Shown here: in pieces, positions 38,701-51,663 of the stretch
Layout: each line of letters opens with the position of its first letter
How positions within the stretch are numbered: the stretch's first letter is position 1
Assembly (NCBI GenBank): GCA_051362555.1
Contig: CM120644.1
Span: forward strand, 1,186,954 to 1,250,953
DNA length: 64,000 nucleotides
Source of the DNA: Lingula anatina
Taxonomy: Eukaryota; Animalia; Brachiopoda
Direction: 5' to 3'
The notes under the pieces: model-generated
Databases searched by the model: none
Seen by the model: only the letters and a program-made list of their open reading frames with translations
Told to the model about the DNA's origin: nothing
Position numbers and translations under genes: made by a program

Positions 38701-41700
38701 TTCGTTTATTGCGACAAGAGAGGTTGAGCTAACGAAACGATCATTCTTCACAAATTTTTAATTTTTTCTTTATGTTGTAACTATGATCAATACTTTCTCT
38801 ATGGCTTCTGCATTTATTACAACATTATATACAAGAGGTTTCTAAACTGAAATATGAAATTACTGAAATATGATAGAAGGTCGTCCAATTTTTGTCTTGA
38901 CGAAAACAGAAATAACGTGACGTCATACTTATCATTATCATAATCACAACGTCAAAAATGACGTCACTTACAGAGTGAAGCGCCGCTGGTGATCCGTCCC
39001 TTCCTGGCCAAGATGACGAGGTCGGAGCTGCATGCTGTAATGACGGGAGGATATGCTACCATAGCAGGGAGTGTGCTGGGGGCCTTCATCGCCTTTGGGG
39101 TAAGTAAAGAACGAATAGGAGAATATTTTCTGATTGTTTTAAAATTTAATGATGTGCCGTCTGACAGATAGAAATTAATGGCGCCCATTTAAGGGAGAGT
39201 AACATGTAATAAATAAACTTTTTCTCATGTTGATAAATAAACTTTTTCTTAATCCAAAAGATTTATGTCCCATAAATCAGTTTTAACTGGTACCCCAGTG
39301 CAATGAAGATGATACGTCCTCATATGTACTTAACAATCAATTGACAGACATTAAAGATCTATATAGAGATTGTAACGTGTATATACTTTGTAATATCAAC
39401 TGGGATTTTTATCATTGTTTTTTAAACAAAACATTTTAACATTGTGTTAAAACAGCTTTTTATAACGAAAGGTTCCAGCCAACCATCTACTGTCCGCCTC
39501 TGTGATGTCGGCACCGGCTGCTCTGGCCATGGCGAAGTTGTTCTACCCTGAGACCAGGGTTTCTATCACCACCATGGCTGATATCAAAAATATAGAGAAA
39601 AGGTACGCTACCCGCCAAACCAATTCGTACAATGTTTATTTTTACACATTTGGTTTCAAAAGTCAATGTAGGCTGCGTACTCTATCTACTTGTTACAGAA
39701 AATTGTATACATGTATCTTTGACATATGAAACAAATGGACAATGAGTAAACTTGAAACTTTGTCGATTAATGACATGTCAAACTGGTGAATTGTACATGT
39801 ATTCACAGAAGGCTTATTTAGAATTTACGTTCGCTGACAGGATCATCGGTCAACTGAAAATGTGGGAACTGATCTTAAGCCATCACCGAGGCAGCACCAC
39901 TCCGTCTTTGTTATATACTGGTGTTTATTAAACGCTAAATGTTACGCTTTAACTCATACTTAACATGCTTTAATCTTTCCAGCCCCGAGAGGAACGCCCT
40001 ACAGGCAGCCTCCAATGGGGCGTCTAACTCGGTCAAATTGGTGGCTAACATAGCTGTCAACCTGATAGCGTTCCTGGCACTGTTAGACTTTGTTAATGGA
40101 ACCCTCACCTGGATGGGGAACAGAGTGGGACTAGAGAAACTGACTGTACAGGTATGTGCGCGTGCATGTGCGCGTGCGTGCGTGTGTGCGTGTAGCACTG
40201 CATCACGGACTTGGGTGAGGCAAAGAATGATTGTACAAAATAACATATATCTCTATAGCTGGATGAAGATGTGCGAATATATGTTATAGATATGTGGGTA
40301 AGATACTATGGACAGGTTATCAGAAACGGCGCTGCAGCTGGAGATTTTTCCTCCCTTCCCTCTGCTTTTGAATCCGGTGTTCTTTGATGTTCAAACGCCG
40401 AAGACTAAGTATTTAGAGCGGTTTATGAAGCACGTTTTTTTGTTATCAGAAGCACTTTTTACACCATAAAAAAAAAATTGTTGAAACTTCTTGTAAGCTG
40501 AAATTGTTAGTCATAACCTAATAATCATATAGATTTCTGTGACACATAGTTATGTTTAAGCTTGTGTTTTAACACGATATAAAATTCGTTCTCTCATTTC
40601 AGATTATTTGTTCTTACGTTCTTTGGCCGTTTGCGTTTGTCATGGGGACTGATACAGTAGACTGTCGCAAGGTAGCAGAGTTAATTGGCATCAAAACGCT
40701 CGTGAACGAGTTTGCCGCATACGAAGAACTCGGGGTGTTGATTAATAATAGAAAGGTTTACAACACGTATAATGGAACCGTCATTGAAAACGGTGATGAT
40801 TTGTTCCTGGAAGGAATCAACAAGACGCTAATAGGTGGAGTTCTAATGGTAGTGCAAATGCTTTTTTTATTTATTTGTTTATTTTTCAATTATTAAAATT
40901 ACATACATAAAATTATATAAAAAATATTAAAATTATTTATTTATTTATTTATTTTCGTTTCATTAATGCAAATAAACTGGACGCTTTAAATGAAGGGCCA
41001 AAAATAAATTAACTAGTGTGCCGTAGAAGGACCAGATCATGATAAAAAAGCAATTTTTGCTCCTTGTCTAAACAGCTTGGGAAATTTCCCATCTATCATA
41101 TTCGCCCTATCAGTCCAAAGAATTAACATAACTTAATTGATACCAAAATCTTTGCCATCCCCAAGAAATGATTTCTCGTTAATTCTTTGTATTGCCAGGA
41201 ACGTTCAGAGGTTATCTCCACGTATGCACTGTGCGGGTTTGCAAACTTTAGCTCCATTGGTATAATGCTGGGCGCCTTTGCCGCCATGGCTCCACGCCGG
41301 AAGTCCGACTGCGCCAAGGTTGTCGTAAGGGCAATGATTGCCGGAAACGTGGCCAGTTTTACGACAGCTTGTATAGCAGGTACGTATTGTACAACAATGG
41401 ATTAATAGAAATACAGTTTATTTATTCAATGTGTTTGATTGATCTGTTTTAAGCACATAACTACCGGTAACCTGGCTACTTTTATTAACGGGGAGGGGTG
41501 TTATTTCCCTTTGCAAAACATTGTCATTTTTACCTGGAAGGAACGTTTGGGGAATTTGGGGAATTTTGTCGAAGAATGTAAAAAAAGTAAATGTACTTGA
41601 GTTATTTAAAATCTTTTGCAATATTTTGACAGATTTTATTTTTTTGTCAAATAGAACAGTGAAATTCGACTTTTTTGTGCAATCACGCTTAGTCAAAACC

Positions 41701-41945
41701 TGTCGGGAAACTCAAAGAGCACTGGAAACGGAAGAGACAGATAATAAAGCCACTTTCTTGTATTCCCTTTAACTTTGCTTAAGGTACCGGTACCTACGCT
41801 TTGCTTTACGTTAAACAACTAGCTTTTAATAAATGCCCGAAAATGATTTAAATCGTGACTAAAATATCCACAAAAATGAAACTGTATACTTGTGAACCTA
41901 TTCTTTGTCTTCCCAGGGCTCTTCTACGAACCTTCTCTCGGATGA
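35770..41945 (+). CDS. SLC28A3: Solute carrier family 28 (concentrative Na+/nucleoside cotransporter, CNT), 12 coding exons
   Basis: Exons approx 35770-35988, 36330-36468, 36786-37053, 37328-37471, 37744-37932, 38479-38640, 38973-39099, 39472-39602, 39983-40151, 40603-40848, 41199-41379, 41917-41945. CNT hallmarks [61 protein letters not shown] and [14 protein letters not shown]. The symbol indicates family similarity, not proven orthology. Confidence 0.95.
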
Positions 41946-44154
41946 ACCTCATCCGTCGTTACAGAGCAAATATGTCTTCAACAAAACAAGAAAGAAGAGC
42001 GGACAGCTTAGGATAGATTGACAAAGTCCATTTGATAAATACTTTTGCCATGGAAATATTGTTTTCTTAAAAAGTGTGACAGGAGAGCAGCTGTTTTATT
42101 TTAATCGTTTCACTCACAGATTTTTAACGTTCTGTCCACCAGTACGTGCAATGGCACCAGGACTGAAAGCAAAAAAATAATTATTTCAGATTCTTGACGT
42201 ACTCTATTATCAGTTTTTCACCACAATATATATATGTCACCAACGAAAACATAATTCGATAAATAAACACAGGGTTTTTTTAATCAAAGAGAACATGAAC
42301 TGTTTTTCATTTTTAAATTTTATTAAAAGTACATATATATATTTCTAAGATATTACTGACACTTTATGGAGCAGCGATTCATTTGGGGAAATTATTCAGC
42401 TTTACTAAAATTTAACATTAACATTGGCATGTCAGCCAATAAATTCAAATTGGGAAAAACAATGAAAATCTCAAGTTTTCCCACGATTTTTGGTCGGAGG
42501 TAGTCCCAGTAGATATTCTCTCGACTTAGAGTGTTGATTAAGGTTATTTGTCACCATGGTTCTGAGACAAAATACGGCATGGCCAGATCCCGTTCACTCT
42601 CCACAAGTTCCTAAACACGCATCCGCCACAGAGTGTGATTATGTAACCGGATTGATAAATTCCCTGACACAAAATGTTCGTTTTACGTCACTCTACTATA
42701 TATGAATGGACTGTGATGACTTTGCAATTAGATTGGATTTTATCAAAGACGTGAAATATTTGTGTATAACTCCTTGTTTTAGATTAGACGCATAGAATCT
42801 TTTCATACATGATGAAATCGATTAAGTGCCTAAATGGGTCGGAATGACTTGGCCAATAGTTGGAAATACTTAGGAAAAGGTTTGTATTGAGATTAAGGAA
42901 ATTTGTTCTTAATGAGTGTAACAAAAACGATCAATTGTCTAAATGACAGAAATGACTGGCCAAATGAAGAAACTGCGTCAGTAACGAGACACAAGATTGG
43001 AAGAATGCAGCGTAAATCCACTTGCCAAAATAAGAAAATTAATGCCAGGCATTGTTCAAGTTATTTGACCAAGTTAACACTTATAACAAAACCACTGTAA
43101 TGATTGCCAGCCTTTGTTAATAATGTTCGATTTCGTTGACGAGCCGTATCAATATCCGGACCACCATTGATCGGAACGTGCAATGAAAATAAAAAGCTAA
43201 GTAGCTACTCCATAGCCCCTTTAAATAATTACGAGGGAGTTTACGTTGAATTGATTGACATTTTCTTACGATTTTAGTGACCTGATATGTGCAAAAATAA
43301 TATTTCAGGCGCCAGACATACCTTTGTAGGGTGTCTGAGTTGGGAGGAAAAGAGAACGTTCTGGGAGAAAAAAAAAAAAAACAAACAAAAGCCAGGCTGA
43401 TTACCTGACTGACAGACAGAGGGATCGAAGATAGCAGGTGGAGAGCCAAGAGTTTTCTTGTCTGTCGACTTACACGGTTGGTCGAAACGATTTTTTTCTT
43501 CATTGTGAGGCCTACGTCAAGGGTTTTAGGACATTTGCTCTGAGTGAGTAGAACCAAAGAAACAGACAGTCAGATTGGCAAAAAGGTAGGCAGACAGATA
43601 GAAAGGCAGGAAGAAAGATACACATCGTGGCTGTCAGGGGTAAAACAAAGCAAGCCACAGGTTCACTAGACCAAGGTAAGACGCATCTACAGATACTAGA
43701 AGTTGGCCACAAACACGTACTTCAAAGACACATATCACAAAGATAACTCAATTGTAACTAGACGGTGTCCAGGCTGTGGGCAACCTGATACTACACTGAC
43801 ACCTGACACCTAGTGACAATGACGGGAAGCAGGTTGAATTGATCGTGATTTTCTTTAACGTTCAGCTAAGGTGCAATATAATAAATGAGAAGAAAAGCGA
43901 AGGGTAACATTTTTAAACATAAATGATCTGAATCGGCTGAGGGACTATTTTAAAACAGGAAAAAATATGTAAACGAATATATAAAAACAAAGATAAGTGA
44001 AATAAATCAAGCAGAAAGATTAACATTCTAAAAAAATAACTGACCAAAATGCGTCGAGCCTTAGGGTTTTGTGATTTGGAGATGAGAGAGGAAAGAGGTA
44101 TTTAAATGCTTCTTGCTTAGCTTTATTTGTAGTGTTTCAAAGAAAGTTGAATGA

Positions 44155-44195
<41 letters not shown>

Positions 44196-45042
44196 CGCGT
44201 GCACGTGCGAGAGAGAGAGAAAAAAAAAACCAATGTAGACATGCAACGAACTAATTTCGATCCAGAAAACATTACATATGAATCGATGCGCTGATCTGTA
44301 TGCATTTGTTTACCTTTTTCGTATACGGGACGATTATTACAATGTATAACCCCTGTATGAGTATCGAGCCACTCGTGATATTTCGTGATTATCGTCTCAC
44401 TAAAACCTAAGCAGTATTAACGGTGAGAAGAGTACCTGTGTTAATAAGAAACGCTACCCGTGCTCTCTGTCTGCCTGTCACTTCGCCTAGCTACCTGCAT
44501 AGCAACAGTAACAAAACACCTGTACCTGTGTTTTGGTAAAAGTGAAATTATTGAACGTGTTAAATCTGCCAGCAAATCATGTGATTTATGCTAAGTCATG
44601 GAGGGTCGATTTTAACTCCCAACGAAAGCTGATGTATTTAAAAAAAACTGCGCACACGTGTGATAAGATATTTCACGGTATATTTCCACTTCAGGGATTA
44701 ATACCCTAATTTTACTGACAAATCTACTAAATCACAGGATAAAATGCGACTTCATATGCAAATAAGATATTGCCAGTGACTTCATGGGATAATAAAGAGA
44801 AAGTTCCTATTGCCGGCCCCACGTTTTTTGCTGTCATGTCAGACAGCGTAACCCAGCAAACACTTATTACGTCATAGCAACGTGCTAGCCACGTGATCCA
44901 AACGTGACGTGTTTGTAAGGAAGATAATTGATTGTGTTTTTTTTACTGTATGTAATTTGATATGAGTAACCATTGCGCAATTTATGTCAATAATTTTGAA
45001 GCGTTATTTACAACGATTTTCGTTGGAGTTCTAAATAATTAC

Positions 45043-48000
45043 TAGTCTATGGGCCAATGTAGACCCCCCTCCCCCCCCTTAGTGATTTTCGTTCACTATG
45101 TTTTTCTGATAGCTTAGGTCCTAAGCTTTGATTTTCCGCTTGTTTGCCTTTAAACTGGTGGTGGGTGTGTGTGCTACAGCCGTTGCCATGGTAATGTCTG
45201 AGATTAAAAATTGAAATTTCTGAGACCAAAAAAATATTAAATTATTCAAATGTGTTAAGTGAATGGAATTCAAAATCCTTTCAGATGTATAGTTTAAGAG
45301 CTGCACTATACTTTATGATCCTCAAAATATTTCAAGATGGCTGTAAATTCAAGATGGCGGCCAATTTTAGCTAATTTTTTAGTAATTTCAATTATTTTTC
45401 ATATTTGAGTCTTTATTCAATTATTAAGGAATAAGAATGTGGGGTATGTTTTGATGCACCGGAATAGCATACAGTCTCTACTTGCTACCTACAGTATTTA
45501 TTTTAGATGAAACCTTTGAATTTTGTTGTAAAATCCTGAAATCCAGAATGGTGGCCAAAATATAAGTCTGCTGTCCCAACTGGAAAGATGCCAGATTTAT
45601 CATCAAAGTGTCATTCTTTATTACTTTTAATAAACTGAATTCGAACTTAGGACTTTTTAAAACAATTATGCATTAATTCTGATTACATTAAGACTTTCAA
45701 AATTCAAAATGGCCGCCAATATGCTTATACACACTGGCTAAAAGTGATATAATATATTCTTCCAACAGAATATTAATTTTAATTATCTCCCACCAACTTA
45801 GTCCCATTAGTTATTTTTGTTTACTATTATTTTCTGGTAGGTTAGGCCCTAAGCTTTTATTTTCTGCTTGTTTGCCATTAAACTGGTGGTGGGTGTGAGT
45901 AACAGAGCTGTTGCCATGGTAATGTCTGGGGTTGAAAATTGATATTTTTGAGACCATAAATAAAAATTAAATATTTCAAATGCATTTAAAATCATGGAAT
46001 TCACAATTATACCAGATGTGTAAATTAAGAAGTGTGCTATACTTCACAATCATCAAAATGTCCCAAGATGGCAGCAAATTCAAGATGGCTGCCAATTATT
46101 GCTCATTTTTTAATAATTTTGGGAATTTTTTTATATTTGAGTTTTTATTTAATTATTAAGAAATTGCAATGTGGCATGTGTTTTGATGTTCCATAATGGT
46201 AAAAAGCCTCTGCTGTCTGCCTAAAGTGCTTGTTGACGATTTAACCTTTTAATTTTGACGTAAAATCCTGAAATCCAAGGTGGCTGCCACAAAACATGTC
46301 TTTTACAAACGGCTGTCCTAACTGGAAAGATGCCATATTAATCATCCCAAATTACATTCTTTATTACTTTTAGGTATACTGAATATGGACCTAGGACCCT
46401 TTTCTATAAATTGTGTTAATTCAGATTGCATTATGACTTTCGAAATTCAAAATGGCCACCAATTTGCTTACACATGAAATGATATAATACATTATTCCAA
46501 TACAAAATAAAATTTAATAAACTTAAGCTAGCTCAGCCCTATTAGCACTTTTTATTTACTATGATTTTCTGATAGCTTGGGCCCTAAGTTCAAATATTCT
46601 GCTTGTTTGCCATGTAATAGTTGAAAGGTGTGACAGATTCAGCTGTTGCCATAGTAACACAGGGGTTTTAAAATTATAATTTCTGAGACCTTTAAATTGC
46701 CATGTATTTCAAATATATGAAATCGCTGTATTGTAAACTTTTTAAAAAAAATTAGACTTGGACCTCAGTTATCAATAAAATTATTTGAAAAAATTATCAT
46801 AGTTAAATTGCCAAAATGGCAGCCAATCCAAGATGACGATAGATTTATGTTAATTTTCTTCTTATTACTGAAAGTAGCTTTTTGTAAACTTTGAAAGCAG
46901 CATTGGAATTGAAAAATGTTAGGTTTTGGATATGCTGATATGAACAGAATTGCATAAGTACTGTTTACAGTGATTGTTACTCCTATATCCTCTTTTTTAA
47001 GTGTAATAAAACCTGAAACCCATGGTGGCCATCACAAAACAGGGTTCATACATATTGCTGTGCTGACCGAATATATATTACATTTTCGTTTCTTTTGCTC
47101 TTTCTGATAAACTGAATTAACCTATTAGCATATTATCTAAATATAAATCATTTCTATTCACTTTCAGCCAAATTATATTTACTTGGCTATTCCAAAATTC
47201 ACCATGGCCACAAATGGCCATGACAGTGCAGGTATGAATTTTGCTGCAATAATATTAAACAGTGCAACAAACAAATAATTCTAAAATTTGTGCAGTTAAT
47301 TATAATCAAATATGCCCTTTCTACACTGCTTTCACGGAAACACTTGTCCATATTTAGTAAAATATTTAGGATTAAGGCTTTTTGGAAATTGGATGAAATG
47401 TCTTGGCTGTAGTCTTTTTAATGAAGAATGTTCACTGGAAAGCCAATTTAAAATTGCTGTTATACCTCTGAAACTGAGTTTTTGTTACAATCTAAGATGG
47501 TGTTCATCTATATGAATAAATGGAATAAAACATTTACATGTATATGCCATAACTCAGCTTCAAACTGCTAGAGAGGTAAAATTATATCCACGTTTTGGAA
47601 AAATCAATATATCCACTAACTTTAACTGAATATATAATTTAATTTTTTATAACATTTTACTTAAAATATAATTGTTTAGAAATGCAAAATCGCCATCTAT
47701 ATTTGCAAACTAGTTGCCTTTCACTCAAAATCAGACTATTTTGTGTCATTCAACTTGCCCAATAGAAATAAAATGATAATTATAGGAATAACAAACACTA
47801 TAAGCCGTAAGTAAAGACTAAATACCATATGGATATCAAAATACTTAACATTTCTCGATCCCATTAAATTTATTAAATTTTTAACATTAGTCACTTTCAG
47901 TAGAAACAGGTTTAGAAATCAGCTTAAACCAGCTGCAATTTTGATATTGCTGCCATCTTGCAAAAAATCACATCATCTTGGATGTTCAAAGAATGGTTTG

Positions 48001-49359
48001 CCATCATACCACGAATACAGATGTCCTCTTAAGTTTACATTATTCTTGAAGTTAATATATTTGAAATGTATGAAATTTTCTTAGTCTCAGAAATGTCAAT
48101 TTCGAACCCCTGTGTTAGTATGGCAATGGCTGGGTTAATTGAATAGAAAACAAGCAGAAAATGGGATCTTAGGATATAAGCGATATATAATAGTAAATAA
48201 AAGTCGCTAAAGGGAGGTTCAGGTTAATAAAATCAATCTAAGTAACATTCTTTTCGAATATAATTTTCTATCAATTTTTTAGCAAGAGTGTATCATATTG
48301 ACCATAAATATATAGTCCCCTATACGCATTGACAGCCATTTCTTTCAAATGCGACAGAATACATTAGTATTTCAACTCAAATGTATTCCTTCCCATGTCA
48401 AATGTGAGTGATTAGCATGTACATGAAACTTTGTGTGATTTCTTAGGTCAAATGTGAGTGACTTGCATTTATTGGGGGGTATTATAGGTCTTTTATCTAG
48501 TCTAGGTTATTGTTGACCATTTGATCTTTCTTTTTTAATCATTTTACATGACCACACATCTAGTAGTGATCAGCACTATTAAAACATAAGTATTCATCCA
48601 AACTTAAGATAAAATTAGGAATATTGCTGTCATATTTTAGTCTACTGGTTACAAAGATGTAAATTCACGGTCATTGGCGGCCATTTTGAATTTTGAAAGC
48701 CATACTGTAATCCAAATTAAGTCAAGTAATTGAAAAGGGTTCTGTTTTTATATTCAGTGCACCAAAAGTAATGAAGAACTTATTTTGGGATGATAAATCT
48801 GTCATATTTCCAGACAGGATAGCTACATGTAAAAGACTTGTTTTGTGGCAGCCATGTTGGATTTCAGGATTTTTCATCTCAATAAAAAGATTGTACCTTG
48901 AACAAACACTACAGGCAGAAAGTAGAGATTCCATGCTACAATGGTGCATCAAAATATCTCAGATATTGCAATTCTTTAATAATTAAATAAGATTTAAAAA
49001 ATTAAAAATTATCAAAATTTCTGAAAAAACAGCAAAAATTGGCCGCCATCTTGGATTTGCCGCCATCTTGGAAAATTTTGTTCATCGTTAGGTATAGTGC
49101 ACATCTTAGACTACATGTCTAGAATGATTTTGAATTCTATTTAGTTTATGTATTTGAAATATTTTAGATTTTGTTGGGCTCAGAAATGTCAATTTTTAAC
49201 TCGTGTGTTACCATGGCAACGGTTGTAGCACACACACCCACCACCAGTTTAATGGCAAACAAGCAGAAAATAAAAGCTAAGGACCTAAGCTATCAGAAAA
49301 ACATAGTGAACGAAAATCACTAAGGGGGGGGAGGGTTTCGGTATTTGGCCCACGGACTA
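45043..49359. mobile_element. Non-autonomous foldback DNA transposon (4.3 kb), Academ-like
   Basis: Termini TAGTCTATGGGCCA ... TGGCCCACGGACTA, with a 3-bp direct repeat TAC on both sides (45040-45042 and 49360-49362). About 700-bp inverted arms; a ~730-bp unit occurs 3x on the left and about 2x inverted on the right; no long ORF. Confidence 0.85.
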
Positions 49360-50269
49360 TACATGTTTACTTCATATTCAGTGTTTAAATTATACTCTCA
49401 GTATGCTGGTGAAGATTTAAATGGGTTTCAAAATGGGCGACACAAGTGATATTTCCTCCACGTGGAACATCGCAAATATTGCTTGATATAATTTTTGATG
49501 AAAACACTTGAAATACAACCGAATGTATATACTTCGTTTGAAAACTGATGCCTGATTGGACATTATCTCATAAAAAACGCGTAATTTAAATATAGATGAA
49601 GGCGTCACGCACGGCGTATATAAGTATCGATAAAAGCTTAGTAGCAAAATCGGCGTCAATGGCTTTTATTTACTTACTAGTATATCAAACAATTTAAGCC
49701 CCTATACAGAAAAGACCTATTACCAATAATTGCTTAGTCGAGTTGTCACTTCTATCGTTGTTTACTTTTTTTGTCTTCGAGTTGATTACAATAAGCCTTT
49801 GATGAGAATTTAGCCAATCATAGTTTACTACAAGTGGTCCGAGTGTATCCGCTTTTTTATGTTATTTTCAAAGGACACACATTTTATTGTTCTCTTGTGT
49901 TTGGTCATTTACTTCTCTCTACGTTAAAGTAACTTCTCATCAAGACATAAAAAGGCATCACTTTAAAGTAATTTTACTTCACACACTTTTAATGAGAGAG
50001 AGAAGGGCACTTAACGGTCTCTAGGTATTGTTAATATATATTTGAGTAGCTCTCACTTAAAATATATCGATAATTGAAAAGGAAGCTAGGCAAACCTTTT
50101 ATACTTTTAATATCTGGCCCTTGCTCATTTACAGTTAATATCAACGCACGTAACAAGAGGTAGATGACCAGCAAACGTAAGGCAAAGAGTTTCAGAATCA
50201 AGGGCGCAGCATCGTTCAGTATAAGGTACCCTTCAGAAGGAATTACGTCATCCTAACTAGTGTGGTTTT

Positions 50270-50434
50270 ACTCCACGGGGACTCTTGCTGAATGCAATCA
50301 GATTATCAAATTAAGACTGCGCTTCTGGTATTGAGTAGAATACATAAAATACAGAGTTATTATATTAGTACGTTGGGAAACAAAAGGAGGATGGTTAGTC
50401 TGTCAATCTGATTGCACTCAGCAAGAGTTCCTGG
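50270..50434. mobile_element. MITE (~165 bp), same family as 13961-14118
   Basis: actccacggggactcttgctgaatgcaatcagatt ... aatctgattgcactcagcaagagttcctgg inverted ends. Confidence 0.7.
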
Positions 50435-50562
50435 TCCTCTCTAGCTACATGTAGGGCGGCCATACTCATTGCGAACTACCCCAAAGTCACATGTTTTTCA
50501 TTTGTAGGCAGAGATAGTAGAATACTCGGAGATGGTGGGAGAAACGGTGTGATAATTCCAAA

Positions 50563-51631
50563 ATGAATCACGTCGAGGATAATGACCCGTTTGCTGTCCA
50601 GGAGAACGTGAAATACGTGACCTTTACCAGAACCAGTTCCACAGTGCTGGACACGTCGCAGGAGAAACAAAACCATGGCAACGGCAAGAATACCGACACA
50701 AACGCCAACCTCCCTCTTAGTATATATCTCACGAACTTTGCCAACGAGGTCAGCATTTTAGGACTGAAACAAGCCATTAACCCGAAATTCTCTCTGTTCC
50801 GACGGTTTATATGGGGCCTCTGCGTCATGGGTGGAATGATCTGTATGTTCTACCATATATACAACCGCTTTGCCACGTTTGCTGGGAATCCGGTGTCCGT
50901 TAACATTGCTGTGCATCACAAGGACTCTCTACAATTTCCCACTGTGACAATATGTAATAATAACGTATTCAATGCCAGCTCCCTGTCCTCCAATAACGAG
51001 TCTAGCGTGGCATACATGTACCCGCCCCACCGCCTGACACCAACGCCGTTTGCCAGTAGTGTGAACTGGACAGATTTCCATATTAGGAATGGATATGAAT
51101 TCGAGAACATTTATGGTGGCGTAAGTGGCTTTTAGTTATTTTTTTCCTCAAAAGCAACTTCAAAATATTTTAATGCAACCGATAAATTATGGCATCCGTA
51201 ATATATAATCGTTTAAATTTTCATGGATATAACTCTTAAAAAAGAACCAAAATTCGATCCAAATGAGCACCACGTATGCTTTAGAGATATACAAATGAAT
51301 TTACATGTAAAAAGACATGTTTAAATCTGATTTGTTGGAGCAACATTCTTTTATATATTTTTATTAGACAAATAGAATCACAAGAATCTTTTAAAAAGGA
51401 ATTAAAAACTCATATTTTTAAGACATTTTATTCATGAATCTTAAATTTTACAATTTTAAAGAAACCTTGGATTTTTTACTTTTAATTACTGTTTATTACA
51501 ATTAAGTTAGTTTAGCTCTTATTTATATAAAATATATCTTATTTTTATTTATAAACTATCTATAAACTTCTTTGTATTTTATGTTGTACAGTCTATTGAA
51601 CATTTTATGGATTTTAGACTTGAAATAAATA

Positions 51632-51663
<32 letters not shown>

